Below the pieces are notes generated by a model. The model made no database searches. It worked only from the letters and a program-made list of their open reading frames with translations, and had not been told where the DNA came from. Both the position numbers and the translations under genes were made by a program. From the NCBI GenBank assembly GCA_964586215.1, contig CAZPHA010000002.1, positions 5,388-69,387 of the forward strand: 64,000 nt of DNA, given 5' to 3'. Positions 19,942 to 30,015 of the stretch are shown here, one piece after another (position 1 is the stretch's first letter; every line of letters begins with the position of its first letter). This DNA comes from an uncultured Ferruginibacter sp. GTDB taxonomy: Bacteria; Bacteroidota; Bacteroidia; Chitinophagales; Chitinophagaceae.

Positions 19942-21195
19942 ATGGCTTTAAAAAGAGTTGTAGTTACGGGCTTGGGCGCCATAACTCCTTTAGGGAAAAC
20001 TGTCGAAGAATATTGGCAGCAACTGGCTGATGGAGTAAGCGGCTGCGATCACATAAAACAATTTGATTGCAGCAAGTTTAAAACCCGATTTGCCTGTGAA
20101 GTTAAAGATTTTGAACCTACTAATTATTTAGATCGGAAAGAGGCCCGTAAAATTGATCGCTATTGTCAATTTGCACTCATTGCCAGTGATGAGGCTGTTA
20201 AAGATGCCAACATATCTAAAGATAATGTTGATCCCGACCGGGTAGGTGTTATTTTTGCCAGCGGTATTGGTGGGCTTATTACTTTTCAGGAAGAAGTAAC
20301 CAACTTTGCTCATGGCGACGGTACTCCCCGTTTCAATCCTTTCTTTATACCTAAAATGATATTGGATATTGCGGCAGGCCAGATCTCTATGAGGCATGGC
20401 TTTAGAGGGCCTAACTTTGCAGTAGTAAGCGCCTGTGCTTCCAGTACCAATGCCATTATTGATGCATTTGATAACATCCGCCTGGGTAAGGCTGATATTA
20501 TCATTACCGGCGGTAGTGAAGCGGTTATCAGCGCCGCAGGAGTGGGTGGTTTTAATGCCATGAAAGCACTCAGCGAACGCAATGAGGATCCTGCTACAGC
20601 CAGCAGACCATTCGATAAAGACAGAGACGGTTTTGTAATGGGTGAAGGAGCTGGTGTTTTAATATTGGAAAGTCTGGATCATGCATTAGCTCGTGGTGCA
20701 AAAATATATTGTGAAATCGCCGGAGGTGGTGCTACCGCCGATGCACACCACATTACTGCTCCTCATCCGGAAGGATTGGGCGCTAAAAATGTAATGCATG
20801 CTGCTCTGCAGGATGCCGGCTTACAACCCGCTGATATTGATTATATTAATGTGCATGGAACTTCTACTCCGTTGGGTGATATTGCAGAAACCAAAGCGAT
20901 ATTAAATGTATTTGGAGACCATGCTTATAAATTGAATATCAGCTCTACAAAAAGCATGACAGGGCATTGTCTGGGGGCTGCCGGTGCATTAGAAGCCCTG
21001 GCTTGTATTATGGCTGTTACAAAAAATATTATTCCGCCTACCATCAATCACTTTACCGATGATCCTGAACTGGATCCTCAATTAAATTTTACATTTAACA
21101 CTGCTCAACATAAACCCGTTAATGCTGCTTTGAGCAATACATTTGGTTTTGGTGGACATAACGCTTCCATTATCATAAAGAAATACATTCCCTAA
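19942..21195 (+). CDS. fabF: Beta-ketoacyl-ACP synthase II
   Basis: 'RVVVTGLG', 'ACASST', 'HGTSTPLGD', 'SNTFGFGGHN'. Confidence 0.96.
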   Translation: MALKRVVVTGLGAITPLGKTVEEYWQQLADGVSGCDHIKQFDCSKFKTRFACEVKDFEPTNYLDRKEARKIDRYCQFALIASDEAVKDANISKDNVDPDRVGVIFASGIGGLITFQEEVTNFAHGDGTPRFNPFFIPKMILDIAAGQISMRHGFRGPNFAVVSACASSTNAIIDAFDNIRLGKADIIITGGSEAVISAAGVGGFNAMKALSERNEDPATASRPFDKDRDGFVMGEGAGVLILESLDHALARGAKIYCEIAGGGATADAHHITAPHPEGLGAKNVMHAALQDAGLQPADIDYINVHGTSTPLGDIAETKAILNVFGDHAYKLNISSTKSMTGHCLGAAGALEALACIMAVTKNIIPPTINHFTDDPELDPQLNFTFNTAQHKPVNAALSNTFGFGGHNASIIIKKYIP

Positions 21196-21309
21196 CTTTA
21201 CATGTGAATGATATCATTATGTTGTTTTTTCTTCCTGAGAAATAAACTCAAAATTATTCGTTATTTTTATTGGATGAAATATTGCTAATTTCGAATCCTA
21301 AATTGCTTT

Positions 21310-22026
21310 TTGCTGTTGTCTTTTCTACATCACATATTCGGAAGAAAAAAATATAGTAAGGAATTTGTCCAACAATTAAAAAATATACTCGGCTTTGTGC
21401 CTAATGATATTTTTTTGTATAAAACTGCCCTTAGTCACCGGTCAATTAGAGAAGGCGCCGATGAAAACAATGAACGACTTGAATTTTTAGGAGATGCCGT
21501 ATTAAGTACTATTGTTGCTCATTATCTCTTTAGAAAATATCCTTACAAGGGAGAAGGCTTTTTAACAGAGATGCGTAGTAAAATGGTGAACCGGCAACAA
21601 TTAAATGATATAGGCATAAAGATGGGGCTTAAAAAAGTTACTTTTTATAATAAACAGGATAACTCCTTAAAAATTTCTCAAATATTTGGCAATACCTTAG
21701 AAGCCCTTATAGGAGCTATATACCTGGATAAAGGTTATAATAAAACTCGTTATTGGGTGGAGAAATATGTCATTCTGCCTTATTTGTTTATTGATGATTT
21801 GGAAATAATAGAAATTAATATCAAGAATAAATTATACGGATGGGCAAATAAAAATGGTAAGGTATTGGAGTTTGAAACATTAAACGAGCGATTTGAAAAT
21901 GGGCGGCGGATTTTTACGATTGGCGCTATTGTAGATGGAAAACTGATTGCTCAGGGAAAAGGATATAATAAAAAAGACGCCAGCCAGGTTGCAGCTCAAC
22001 TGGCTGTTGAGAAATTGGGATTGTGA
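21310..22026 (+). CDS. rnc: Ribonuclease III
   Basis: 'NERLEFLGDAVL' signature and C-terminal dsRBD. Confidence 0.95.
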   Translation: MLLSFLHHIFGRKKYSKEFVQQLKNILGFVPNDIFLYKTALSHRSIREGADENNERLEFLGDAVLSTIVAHYLFRKYPYKGEGFLTEMRSKMVNRQQLNDIGIKMGLKKVTFYNKQDNSLKISQIFGNTLEALIGAIYLDKGYNKTRYWVEKYVILPYLFIDDLEIIEINIKNKLYGWANKNGKVLEFETLNERFENGRRIFTIGAIVDGKLIAQGKGYNKKDASQVAAQLAVEKLGL

Positions 22027-22030
22027 GTAA

Positions 22031-22140
22031 GATGATGGTTGATAGATGACAGATGATAGTTTGAGGGTTAATTGTTTACTTCTATTATTCATAATTTATC
22101 ATCCATCATCTAACAACTATCATCTGTCATCTATCAACTA
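22031..22140. repeat. Inverted heptamer arrays forming a long hairpin between rnc and gpsA
   Basis: Perfect 24-bp inverted repeat 22038-22061 / 22115-22138 built of 7-mers (ctatcat, ctgtcat, ctatcaa). Confidence 0.85.
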
Positions 22141-22144
22141 GAAT

Positions 22145-23185
22145 ATGAATTTCGGAATAATAGGTAATGGAAGTTGGGGTACAGCCCTTGCAAAAATTCT
22201 TACAGACAACGGACAAACTATTTATTGGTGGCATCGTAACAATGCCAGCATTGATCATTTATTGGCCAGAGGACATAATCCAAATTATTTATCTTCTGTT
22301 CATTTTGATACCAATAAATTGCAATTAAGCAGTGAGTTGTCCTTTGTATTTGAAAATGCTGATTGCATTATTATTGCAGTACCATCTGCCTATGTACATG
22401 ATGTACTTTCGCAGTTAAACCCCGATTTTTTTTCAAATAAAAAAATAGTATCTGCTGTAAAGGGAATTTTACCGGTAAATAATTTGTTGTTAAATGATTA
22501 TCTGTTACAGCATTATAAACTGCCACTACAAAATTACTTCGCTGTTTTAGGGCCTTGTCATGCTGAAGAAGTAGCTGCGGAGAAGCTTTCTTATCTTACA
22601 TTTTCGGGGGTGGATGATGGCGCTACACATGCGATTGCATCTCACTTTAAAACTGATTATTTAAATACAATAATAAATAGTGATATCTATGGTGTACAAT
22701 TCGCTGCCATCTTAAAAAATATATATGCTCTGGGTGCCGGAATGGCTCATGGGCTGGATTATGGGGATAATTTTTTAAGTGTGTTGATTGCCAACAGCGC
22801 CGATGAAATGGCAGGCTTTTTGCGTAAGTCAGGTATACAAAATATTGAAGTAGGTACGCTGGACCATACCCATCATACCACCGGCCAGCAACATCGGACT
22901 AACTATGCCGCTTCAGTTTACCTGGGCGATCTACTGGTTACCTGCTATTCCCTTCACAGCCGCAATCGAACATTTGGGAATATGATTGGTAAAGGGTATT
23001 CTGTAAAAGCTGCCCAAATGGAGATGAATATGGTAGCCGAGGGTTACAATGCCAGCAAATGCATACACCTGATCAATCAAAATATTAAAGCCGATATGCC
23101 CATAGCCGGCGCTATTTATAAAATCTTATGGGAAGGTTTATCTGCAAAAGCTGGTTTGGAGAAAGTTGAACAAATATTAATATAA
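22145..23185 (+). CDS. gpsA: NAD(P)H-dependent glycerol-3-phosphate dehydrogenase
   Basis: 'GNGSWGTALA', 'GPCHAEEV', 'LKNIYA', 'GDLLVTCYSLHSRN'. Confidence 0.93.
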   Translation: MNFGIIGNGSWGTALAKILTDNGQTIYWWHRNNASIDHLLARGHNPNYLSSVHFDTNKLQLSSELSFVFENADCIIIAVPSAYVHDVLSQLNPDFFSNKKIVSAVKGILPVNNLLLNDYLLQHYKLPLQNYFAVLGPCHAEEVAAEKLSYLTFSGVDDGATHAIASHFKTDYLNTIINSDIYGVQFAAILKNIYALGAGMAHGLDYGDNFLSVLIANSADEMAGFLRKSGIQNIEVGTLDHTHHTTGQQHRTNYAASVYLGDLLVTCYSLHSRNRTFGNMIGKGYSVKAAQMEMNMVAEGYNASKCIHLINQNIKADMPIAGAIYKILWEGLSAKAGLEKVEQILI

Positions 23186-23301
23186 TAATTTATTATTATT
23201 TATAATAATATGAATGTCAAAATATAATATATTATTATTTATATTAAATTAATTTGATAATTTTATAGAAAGTGATAAGTATGATACCTGGCATCGCCTT
23301 C

Positions 23302-24435
23302 TTAAAAAAATAAATCAACCGCAATTCCATCTGCTAACAATTTTCCTTCATTTGTTAAAATAATCTTTTCATTCTTAATTTTTAATTTTTCATTATTTAC
23401 ATATTTATCACATTGGTAAAGAATTTTTTGAACAAACTCTTCTCCATAAATAAGTCGTATTTTTTGTATGTCAATACCTTCAATAGTTCTTAAAGATGTC
23501 ATGATATACTCGTTGAGTTGTTGTGTAGGTGTGAGTATTTCAGATTCAGAAGGCAATAAATTTTTTTCCAAAGATTGTATATACAGCGCATTGTTGGTAA
23601 TATTCCAGCTTCTCATATTGTTATAAAAAGAATGTGCCGATGGCCCAAAGCCATAATATGGCTCACCTTGCCAATAGCTGCTGTTATGGCGACTACGCAT
23701 CCCCGTTAGGGAAAAATTACTGATTTCATAATGTTCGTATCCTGCTGCTGCCATCCAATCCATCAGCAATAAAAACTGATGGGCCTGCTTATCGGTATCA
23801 ATATCCATTTTCTTTTTTTGCTCAATCATTTTCGCCAAAGCAGTTTTTGGTTCCACAGTAAGAGCGTAACAGGAAATATGGGGAATATTTTTTTCAATGG
23901 CAATCGCTACATTTCTTTTCCAGTTATCATTATTAAGCAGCGGTGATCCGTAGATTAGATCAATGGAAAAATTATTAAACCCGGCATGGATGATTTTATC
24001 AATACATAACAATGAATCTTTGGCTGAATGGATACGATTCATCCAGCTAAGTTCTTCATCCTGGAAACTTTGAATGCCAACACTTAATCGATTGACGCCT
24101 AATGATTGCCAGCTATACAGGTTAGCATCATTGATATCATCAGGATTGGCTTCCAATGTTATTTCTGCATGTTCAGCTATATTAAACTTTGTATCAATAG
24201 CTTCAAAAATTTTTTTCAGGTCATCAGTCGGTAAAATACCCGGTGTGCCCCCTCCAAAATAAATAGTTTGAACGACGTCTTTATGCTCGGTTATTGGAAA
24301 AAAAGGTGTAAGCCGTATTTCATTTACCAACGCCGCTACCAGTGCATCTTTTAGTTTTAACGAAGTAGAAAAATGGAAATTACAATAATGGCAGGCTTGC
24401 TTACAAAAAGGAATATGTATATAAATGCCCGACAA
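23302..24435 (-). CDS. hemW: Radical SAM family heme chaperone
   Basis: 'IYIHIPFCKQACHYCNF', 'YFGGGTP', 'YEISNF', 'HNSSYW'. Confidence 0.92.
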   Translation of the reverse strand: MSGIYIHIPFCKQACHYCNFHFSTSLKLKDALVAALVNEIRLTPFFPITEHKDVVQTIYFGGGTPGILPTDDLKKIFEAIDTKFNIAEHAEITLEANPDDINDANLYSWQSLGVNRLSVGIQSFQDEELSWMNRIHSAKDSLLCIDKIIHAGFNNFSIDLIYGSPLLNNDNWKRNVAIAIEKNIPHISCYALTVEPKTALAKMIEQKKKMDIDTDKQAHQFLLLMDWMAAAGYEHYEISNFSLTGMRSRHNSSYWQGEPYYGFGPSAHSFYNNMRSWNITNNALYIQSLEKNLLPSESEILTPTQQLNEYIMTSLRTIEGIDIQKIRLIYGEEFVQKILYQCDKYVNNEKLKIKNEKIILTNEGKLLADGIAVDLFF

Positions 24436-24472
24436 AGATTTTATATTTTATATTTTTGATAGTAGATTTGAT

Positions 24473-26296
24473 ATGTGTATGTTAAATATAAAAACATTGT
24501 TCCACACAAAGTTATTGATAACAGGTCTAATGATTTTATGTTTTCATGTATCCTCTAAATGTCAGCCGACACCTTCTCATCAACTGTATTTTGAATTTGT
24601 CAACAAAGATAGTTCCTTTAACCCGTCGGTATTACAACTACAAACTGTTTTTAAAGATCAGCCATCCTGCATCAGCTATATAAATGCTCTCCCGGATGTA
24701 TTAGCTAAGAAAGGCTACTTTACTGCTTCTGTAGATACTATATGGCATGAAAGTAGCGGTAGTACACATATTGCTTTATTTGTGGGTAAACAATATCAAT
24801 GGTTGCAATTGATTCCGGAAAGTGTTAATCCTAAAGCGCTGAATGAAAGCGGATTCATGGACAAACAATTTACCGCCAAACCGTTTAATATTACACAGGT
24901 AGAACAGCTTCAAAATCGTTTATTGAATTACTACGAAAATAATGGCTATCCTTTTGCAAAAGTGTTTATGGATAGCGTGCAAATACAAAATGATAAAGTA
25001 AAAGCATTGCTAAAAGTTGCGACAGGTCCGCAGTATCATATTGATAGTATTAGAGTTATGGGCAAAGCAAAACTATCAAAAAAATTTTTGCAACATTATT
25101 TAGAACTGCCTAATGGCAGCCTTTTCAACAAAGAAAAAATACAGCAGGTAAGTAAGAAATTATTAGAACTTCCTTATCTCACTGAAGTGCAACCGGCTAC
25201 AATTACCATGTTGGGAAGTGGTAGTATCTTGGATCTTTATCTGGCGCCAAAGCGAAGTAGTCAGGTAAATTTTTTGGTGGGGCTTCTGCCGGCTAATCTT
25301 GAAACGGGCAAAGTGCAATTTACAGGCGATGTTAAACTTGATTTGAAAAATGCGTTAGGAAATGGTGAAAATATTTTGCTTAACTGGCAGCAGCTTCAAC
25401 TAAAATCTCCCCGACTAAATATTGGTTACCAGCATCCCTATATTTTTAATTCATTTTTCGGAGTAGATTTTTCATTCGGATTATTTAAAAAAGATTCCAG
25501 TTTTTTACAATTGAATGCTCAGTTAGGGCTACAGTATATTTTATCGTATAATCAGGTGGGAAAAATATTTGTGCAATGGCAAAACAACTTTCTGCTGGCC
25601 AATGGTGTAGATACCAATCAGGTGATCGCCTCTAAAACATTACCTCCCAATTGCGATTGCAAAAGTGTAAATGTAGGCGTGGATTATCTTTGGAATAAAA
25701 CCAATTACAAACTCAACCCTAAAAGCGGCTATGAGCTAAATATGACAACCTCTGTAGGCATTAAAACAGTTGAAAAAAATACGCAAATACTCAATATAAA
25801 AGATCCGTTATTTAATTATGCTACTTTATACGATTCTATCCGGTTAAAGTCTTATCAACTGAGGGCTAAATTGGGAGTTGCCAAATATTTTCCCCTCGCA
25901 AAACAAAGTGTAATGAAGCTGGGAATCAATGCCGGTATATTTAGCAGCCAGGGTATTTTTAGAAATGAACTCTTTCAAATTGGAGGATACAAGCTTTTGA
26001 GAGGGTTTGATGAAGAGAGTATTTATGCAACACAGTATGGTGTAGGAACAGTTGAATATCGATATTTACTAGCCTTAAATTCCTACCTGTTTGCTTTCAT
26101 GGATGGCGCAATCGTGAAAAATAAATATCAAAAAGTAAATTTAAATAATCAAATGGTAAGCGGGGGATTAGGAATGGTTTTTGAAACAAAATTCGGTTTA
26201 TTAAACATTAGCTATGCCATCGGCAAACGAAATGATGTTCCGTTTAATTTGAGAGGAGCATCAAAAATACATTTCGGATATATCAATTACTTTTAA
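24473..26296 (+). CDS. BamA/TamA (Omp85) family outer membrane protein with POTRA domains
   Basis: POTRA 'YYENNGYPFA', 'LRGFDE' motif, terminal Phe; start moved to Met17 of the tracked ORF to avoid overlap with hemW. Confidence 0.8.
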   Translation: MCMLNIKTLFHTKLLITGLMILCFHVSSKCQPTPSHQLYFEFVNKDSSFNPSVLQLQTVFKDQPSCISYINALPDVLAKKGYFTASVDTIWHESSGSTHIALFVGKQYQWLQLIPESVNPKALNESGFMDKQFTAKPFNITQVEQLQNRLLNYYENNGYPFAKVFMDSVQIQNDKVKALLKVATGPQYHIDSIRVMGKAKLSKKFLQHYLELPNGSLFNKEKIQQVSKKLLELPYLTEVQPATITMLGSGSILDLYLAPKRSSQVNFLVGLLPANLETGKVQFTGDVKLDLKNALGNGENILLNWQQLQLKSPRLNIGYQHPYIFNSFFGVDFSFGLFKKDSSFLQLNAQLGLQYILSYNQVGKIFVQWQNNFLLANGVDTNQVIASKTLPPNCDCKSVNVGVDYLWNKTNYKLNPKSGYELNMTTSVGIKTVEKNTQILNIKDPLFNYATLYDSIRLKSYQLRAKLGVAKYFPLAKQSVMKLGINAGIFSSQGIFRNELFQIGGYKLLRGFDEESIYATQYGVGTVEYRYLLALNSYLFAFMDGAIVKNKYQKVNLNNQMVSGGLGMVFETKFGLLNISYAIGKRNDVPFNLRGASKIHFGYINYF

Positions 26297-26335
26297 TTTT
26301 GCATGGAATCATAATTTCCTGAAATTTTTAAATAA

Positions 26336-27220
26336 TTGCAATTGTTTGTGAAGAAGTTGATCCTGCTAATATTTTGTTTGTTGCTGATTGTCATTTTTAC
26401 AAAGGCACAAACAGTTGATTCTGTCTTGCTAAAAGACTCCATTCACAATTTATCTGCAAAAACGTATAGCGAAATACAAAATAACGTATTACAGTATAAT
26501 CCATTTATCAATAATAGTACTCCGTCTTCGGTGGATGTTGCTGTGATTAAGCATAATAATATCTATGATAAAAATGCTATATTTTATTTATTAGCAGGTA
26601 TTATCTTGTTTTTGGCAATTATTCGAAGAGTTTTTCTTAAATATTTTATCACTTTATTCAGAGTGTTTTTTAACACTTCATTAAGACAAAGTCAATTAGT
26701 GGATCAACTAACGATGGCTAAGCTACCTTCTTTGATCTTTAACATCTTTTTTGTGGTAGCCGGAGGTATATATGTTTATTTGATTCTCAGTTATTACCAA
26801 TTGCTTTCGCCATTAAAAATGTGGTTCAACATAGCTATCTCCATTGTTGGCATAGCGGTAATTTATGTAACAAAATTTTGCACATTGAAATTTACGGGCT
26901 GGATCAGTGGTTATCAGGAAGAAGCTGATACTTACACATTTGTGGTTTTTCTGGTAAATAAAATTGTTGGCATTTTGCTGGCGCCTTTTATAGTTATTAT
27001 TGCTTTCAGCAATATTTATCTGGCACAAATAGCGATAGTTACCTCTTTTTTGCTTCTCGCTATGTTTATGTTGTTGCGATTTATCCGTAGTTATAGCTTA
27101 TTACAAAGAAGAATTCAGGTAAGTCCCTATCATTTTTTTCTATATATTATTGGGGTTGAGTTTTTACCTCTTTTACTGATCCATAAGGCGTTGTTGATTT
27201 TTTTATTAAAAAAGTCGTAA
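26336..27220 (+). CDS. DUF4271 domain-containing membrane protein
   Basis: Multi-TM; C-terminal 'FFLYIIGVEFLP'; conserved position upstream of hemD in Bacteroidota. Confidence 0.75.
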   Translation: MQLFVKKLILLIFCLLLIVIFTKAQTVDSVLLKDSIHNLSAKTYSEIQNNVLQYNPFINNSTPSSVDVAVIKHNNIYDKNAIFYLLAGIILFLAIIRRVFLKYFITLFRVFFNTSLRQSQLVDQLTMAKLPSLIFNIFFVVAGGIYVYLILSYYQLLSPLKMWFNIAISIVGIAVIYVTKFCTLKFTGWISGYQEEADTYTFVVFLVNKIVGILLAPFIVIIAFSNIYLAQIAIVTSFLLLAMFMLLRFIRSYSLLQRRIQVSPYHFFLYIIGVEFLPLLLIHKALLIFLLKKS

Positions 27221-27248
27221 TTTTGCATGCTGAAGCGCTGACACTACA

Positions 27249-28040
27249 ATGGTAAAAAATGCAGAAATAAAGGTTGCAAAATCAACCAAGCCAGTGAAAA
27301 AAATACTTATTACACAACCTAAGCCGGAGGGAGATAAATCTCCTTATTTTGATCTGGCAAAAAAATACGACCTTGCCCTTGATTTCTACCCTTTTATAAG
27401 GGTGGAGGGGATACCTGCAAAAGATTTTCGTAAGCAGAAGATAGAAATCACCCAATATACAGCCGTAATATTTACAAGCCGTAACGCCATCGATCATTTT
27501 TTTCGTATTTGTGAAGAAATGAAAATAAATATATCTCAGGATACTAAATATTTTTGTATCACTGAGGCAGTAGCATTGTATTTGCAAAAATTTATTTTAT
27601 ACAGAAAGCGAAAAGTTTTTTACGGCGCAGATGGATCTAATAAAAGCCTGTTTGATGTTATTAATAAACACAAGGATAATGAAAAATTCCTTTATCCCTG
27701 TTCCGAATCATTTGACAGTGAAATAACCAACTGGCTAAAGTCAAATAACTGCGAATATGCCACACCGGTATTATATAAAATTGTTAGCAGCGATGTAAAA
27801 GCGGTTCTGGCAAATAATTATGATGTCATCTGTTTCTTTACACCGGGAGGTGTAAAAAGTTTATTTGAAAATGCTCCTGACTTTAAGCAAAATGGCACCC
27901 GAATAGGTGCATTTGGAGTCAATACTTTTAAAGCTGCCGAAGATGCAGGCTTAACGCTGGACATCAAAGCGCCCCAACCACAGGCCCCCAGTATGATTAG
28001 CGCACTTGAACTTTATCTGTCTTCCTTAAAGAAAAAATGA
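27249..28040 (+). CDS. hemD: Uroporphyrinogen-III synthase
   Basis: 'KILITQPKP', 'VIFTSRNA', 'FFTPGGV'. Confidence 0.85.
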   Translation: MVKNAEIKVAKSTKPVKKILITQPKPEGDKSPYFDLAKKYDLALDFYPFIRVEGIPAKDFRKQKIEITQYTAVIFTSRNAIDHFFRICEEMKINISQDTKYFCITEAVALYLQKFILYRKRKVFYGADGSNKSLFDVINKHKDNEKFLYPCSESFDSEITNWLKSNNCEYATPVLYKIVSSDVKAVLANNYDVICFFTPGGVKSLFENAPDFKQNGTRIGAFGVNTFKAAEDAGLTLDIKAPQPQAPSMISALELYLSSLKKK

Positions 28041-28068
28041 TTTTGACCATAGTCTATTGACTAATAAA

Positions 28069-29043
28069 CTATTTTTTTACCTGTATATAACTCCAGGCAG
28101 AAAAGGGAAGTATTAAAAAACATGAACAGCTCCACCAGCCATTTAGGAAGAAATAAGCTAATGCAGCGTATAGCAATATTAAAATCGGATAGCCAAAGAA
28201 AATGAGCGCCATCATAATTGAGTCATAGTGGCCCGTATGTTTGGTTTTTCTGTATAAAAAAGAAGATATTCCATAATAAAACGGACTGTGCAGTATAAAG
28301 CCGACTGCTGCCGGAATGAGTAGTAAAGCTTTTTTTAAGGGAGAGATGGCCGTAGAGAAATATTTTTTTAATGAAGAAGCATCTTTACTGTCAATTTCAT
28401 ATACCAGTTGCACAAGTTGTTGTTGTATGCCTTGTGTAAGTTCATTTGCAGCTTTGCCGTTTTGAGTAATATGGGTAGTAATATCATTTTGAGTTATTAT
28501 ATTTCCCAGATTAACCTGCACAACCTTGCCCATTTTTTTGAAGCTGCTATAGTTCAATCCTACAGGTAATATGCTAACAGGGATATTTTCCTGCCAGGCT
28601 AAAACAGCTAACTTGGCAGTTCCCTTTTTTACAGGTCTTAAATGCCACTCATTGATACATAGCGCTTCGCTAAAAATCAGTACAATGCCGTTTTGCTTAA
28701 ATATTTCTAAACATTTATGGAAGGTGTTATAATTTAAAGATAAGTTTTCTACACCTTCTCTTTCCCTATAAACAGGAAACATTTTAAGCGCTTTTAAAAT
28801 TTTGGCGACCCATTTTTTTTTAAAAACATCGCCCCTGGCTAAAGAATAAACCGGCTGGTCAAATAGAACACACAATAATATAGCATCCAAAAAAGAGTTG
28901 GGGTGGTTACAGGCTAAAAGCAAAGGGCCTTTTGATTGAAGCAGCTCTTTCTTATTTACCTGAATATTTTTGAAACATACAATAATAGCCAGTCGGGCAA
29001 TTGGTTTTAGTAAGCGATACAACATCCATGCAAGATTATACAC
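28069..29043 (-). CDS. 1-acyl-sn-glycerol-3-phosphate acyltransferase family protein
   Basis: 'NHPNSFLD' (HX4D), 'LARGDVF', C-terminal TM helices. Confidence 0.85.
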   Translation of the reverse strand: MYNLAWMLYRLLKPIARLAIIVCFKNIQVNKKELLQSKGPLLLACNHPNSFLDAILLCVLFDQPVYSLARGDVFKKKWVAKILKALKMFPVYREREGVENLSLNYNTFHKCLEIFKQNGIVLIFSEALCINEWHLRPVKKGTAKLAVLAWQENIPVSILPVGLNYSSFKKMGKVVQVNLGNIITQNDITTHITQNGKAANELTQGIQQQLVQLVYEIDSKDASSLKKYFSTAISPLKKALLLIPAAVGFILHSPFYYGISSFLYRKTKHTGHYDSIMMALIFFGYPILILLYAALAYFFLNGWWSCSCFLILPFSAWSYIQVKK

Positions 29044-29173
29044 GAATTACACAAATTCAAATGAATTACACAAATTTTGTTTTTTCAATCGAATTGCAGA
29101 CGAATTACACGAATAAGAGTAATTAATGATCTAACATTTGTATAATTTGCAAAAATTCATGTAACAATAATAC

Positions 29174-29725
29174 TTAGTTCAATTGTGGATCAATAGGATA
29201 GTTGACCAGTGTTTGATATTCTCCTCCCATGGCTCTTAAACTTTCCTTCCATATGTTTTCAGTCAAAGTGTTAAATACAAGTTTGGGGGTAGCCGCTACA
29301 GAGAGCCATGTTTTTTCACCTATTTCATCGTTAAGTTGTGAGCTTCCCCAACCACTATAACCAATAAAGAATTTTATCTTCTCATAATCAATTTCGTTAT
29401 TTTTTATCAATGCAGTCAGTTGTTCAAAATTACCACCCCAATAAATATTGTCACTAACCTTACGGCTGTCGGGTAATAAATCAGGATATTGATGTAGATA
29501 ATGTACCGTATCCAATTGTACGGGTCCTCCATAATAAACGGGTAAGGGGTAGCCGGTCAGGTCCTCAATCAGTTCATCAACCGTTTGTTCGAATAGCCGG
29601 TTCAAAATAAATCCTATACTCCCTGCCTGTTGGTGCTCACATAAAAAAACCACTGTCCTCATGAAATTAGGGTCTTTCAGGAAGGGATCAGCTATCAAAA
29701 GCGAACCTGTTTGTGGGTCTATCAT
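29174..29725 (-). CDS. YqgE/AlgH family protein
   Basis: 'LLIADP', 'GFILNR', 'GGPV', 'GYSGW...QL..E'; start set at MIDPQ. Confidence 0.9.
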   Translation of the reverse strand: MIDPQTGSLLIADPFLKDPNFMRTVVFLCEHQQAGSIGFILNRLFEQTVDELIEDLTGYPLPVYYGGPVQLDTVHYLHQYPDLLPDSRKVSDNIYWGGNFEQLTALIKNNEIDYEKIKFFIGYSGWGSSQLNDEIGEKTWLSVAATPKLVFNTLTENIWKESLRAMGGEYQTLVNYPIDPQLN

Positions 29726-30015
29726 ATTCAACATACACTTAAAAGTAAAGCTTTTACCGTTATTTACATATAAATTTAACAACCAAATGGCTATAATATT
29801 TTAAACCAACGTTAAATTTTACTACTTAACTATCTTATGCTATGTTTGCAGGCTTATAGTGTATATTTTTGCATAAATACCCATTAAAATTGCAAGATGG
29901 TATAAACTGGCTATAAGAGCAAGTAACGAATAAATGTTTGTACCAAAATAATATTTTAAATAGTATAAATAACTGGTTATGGGGTATCAACTCAGAAGAT
30001 TAATAAATATGTAGG

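Noticed and set aside
23183-23270. Near-pure A/T intergenic tracts (also ~15480-15545, 37028-37110, 48665-48770, 57812-57865)
   Set aside because: Low complexity with no consistent motif; apparent palindromes are expected by chance.
24425-24472. Head-to-head overlap of hemW and the Omp85 gene
   Set aside because: Disappears if the downstream Met (24473 or 24479) is the start.
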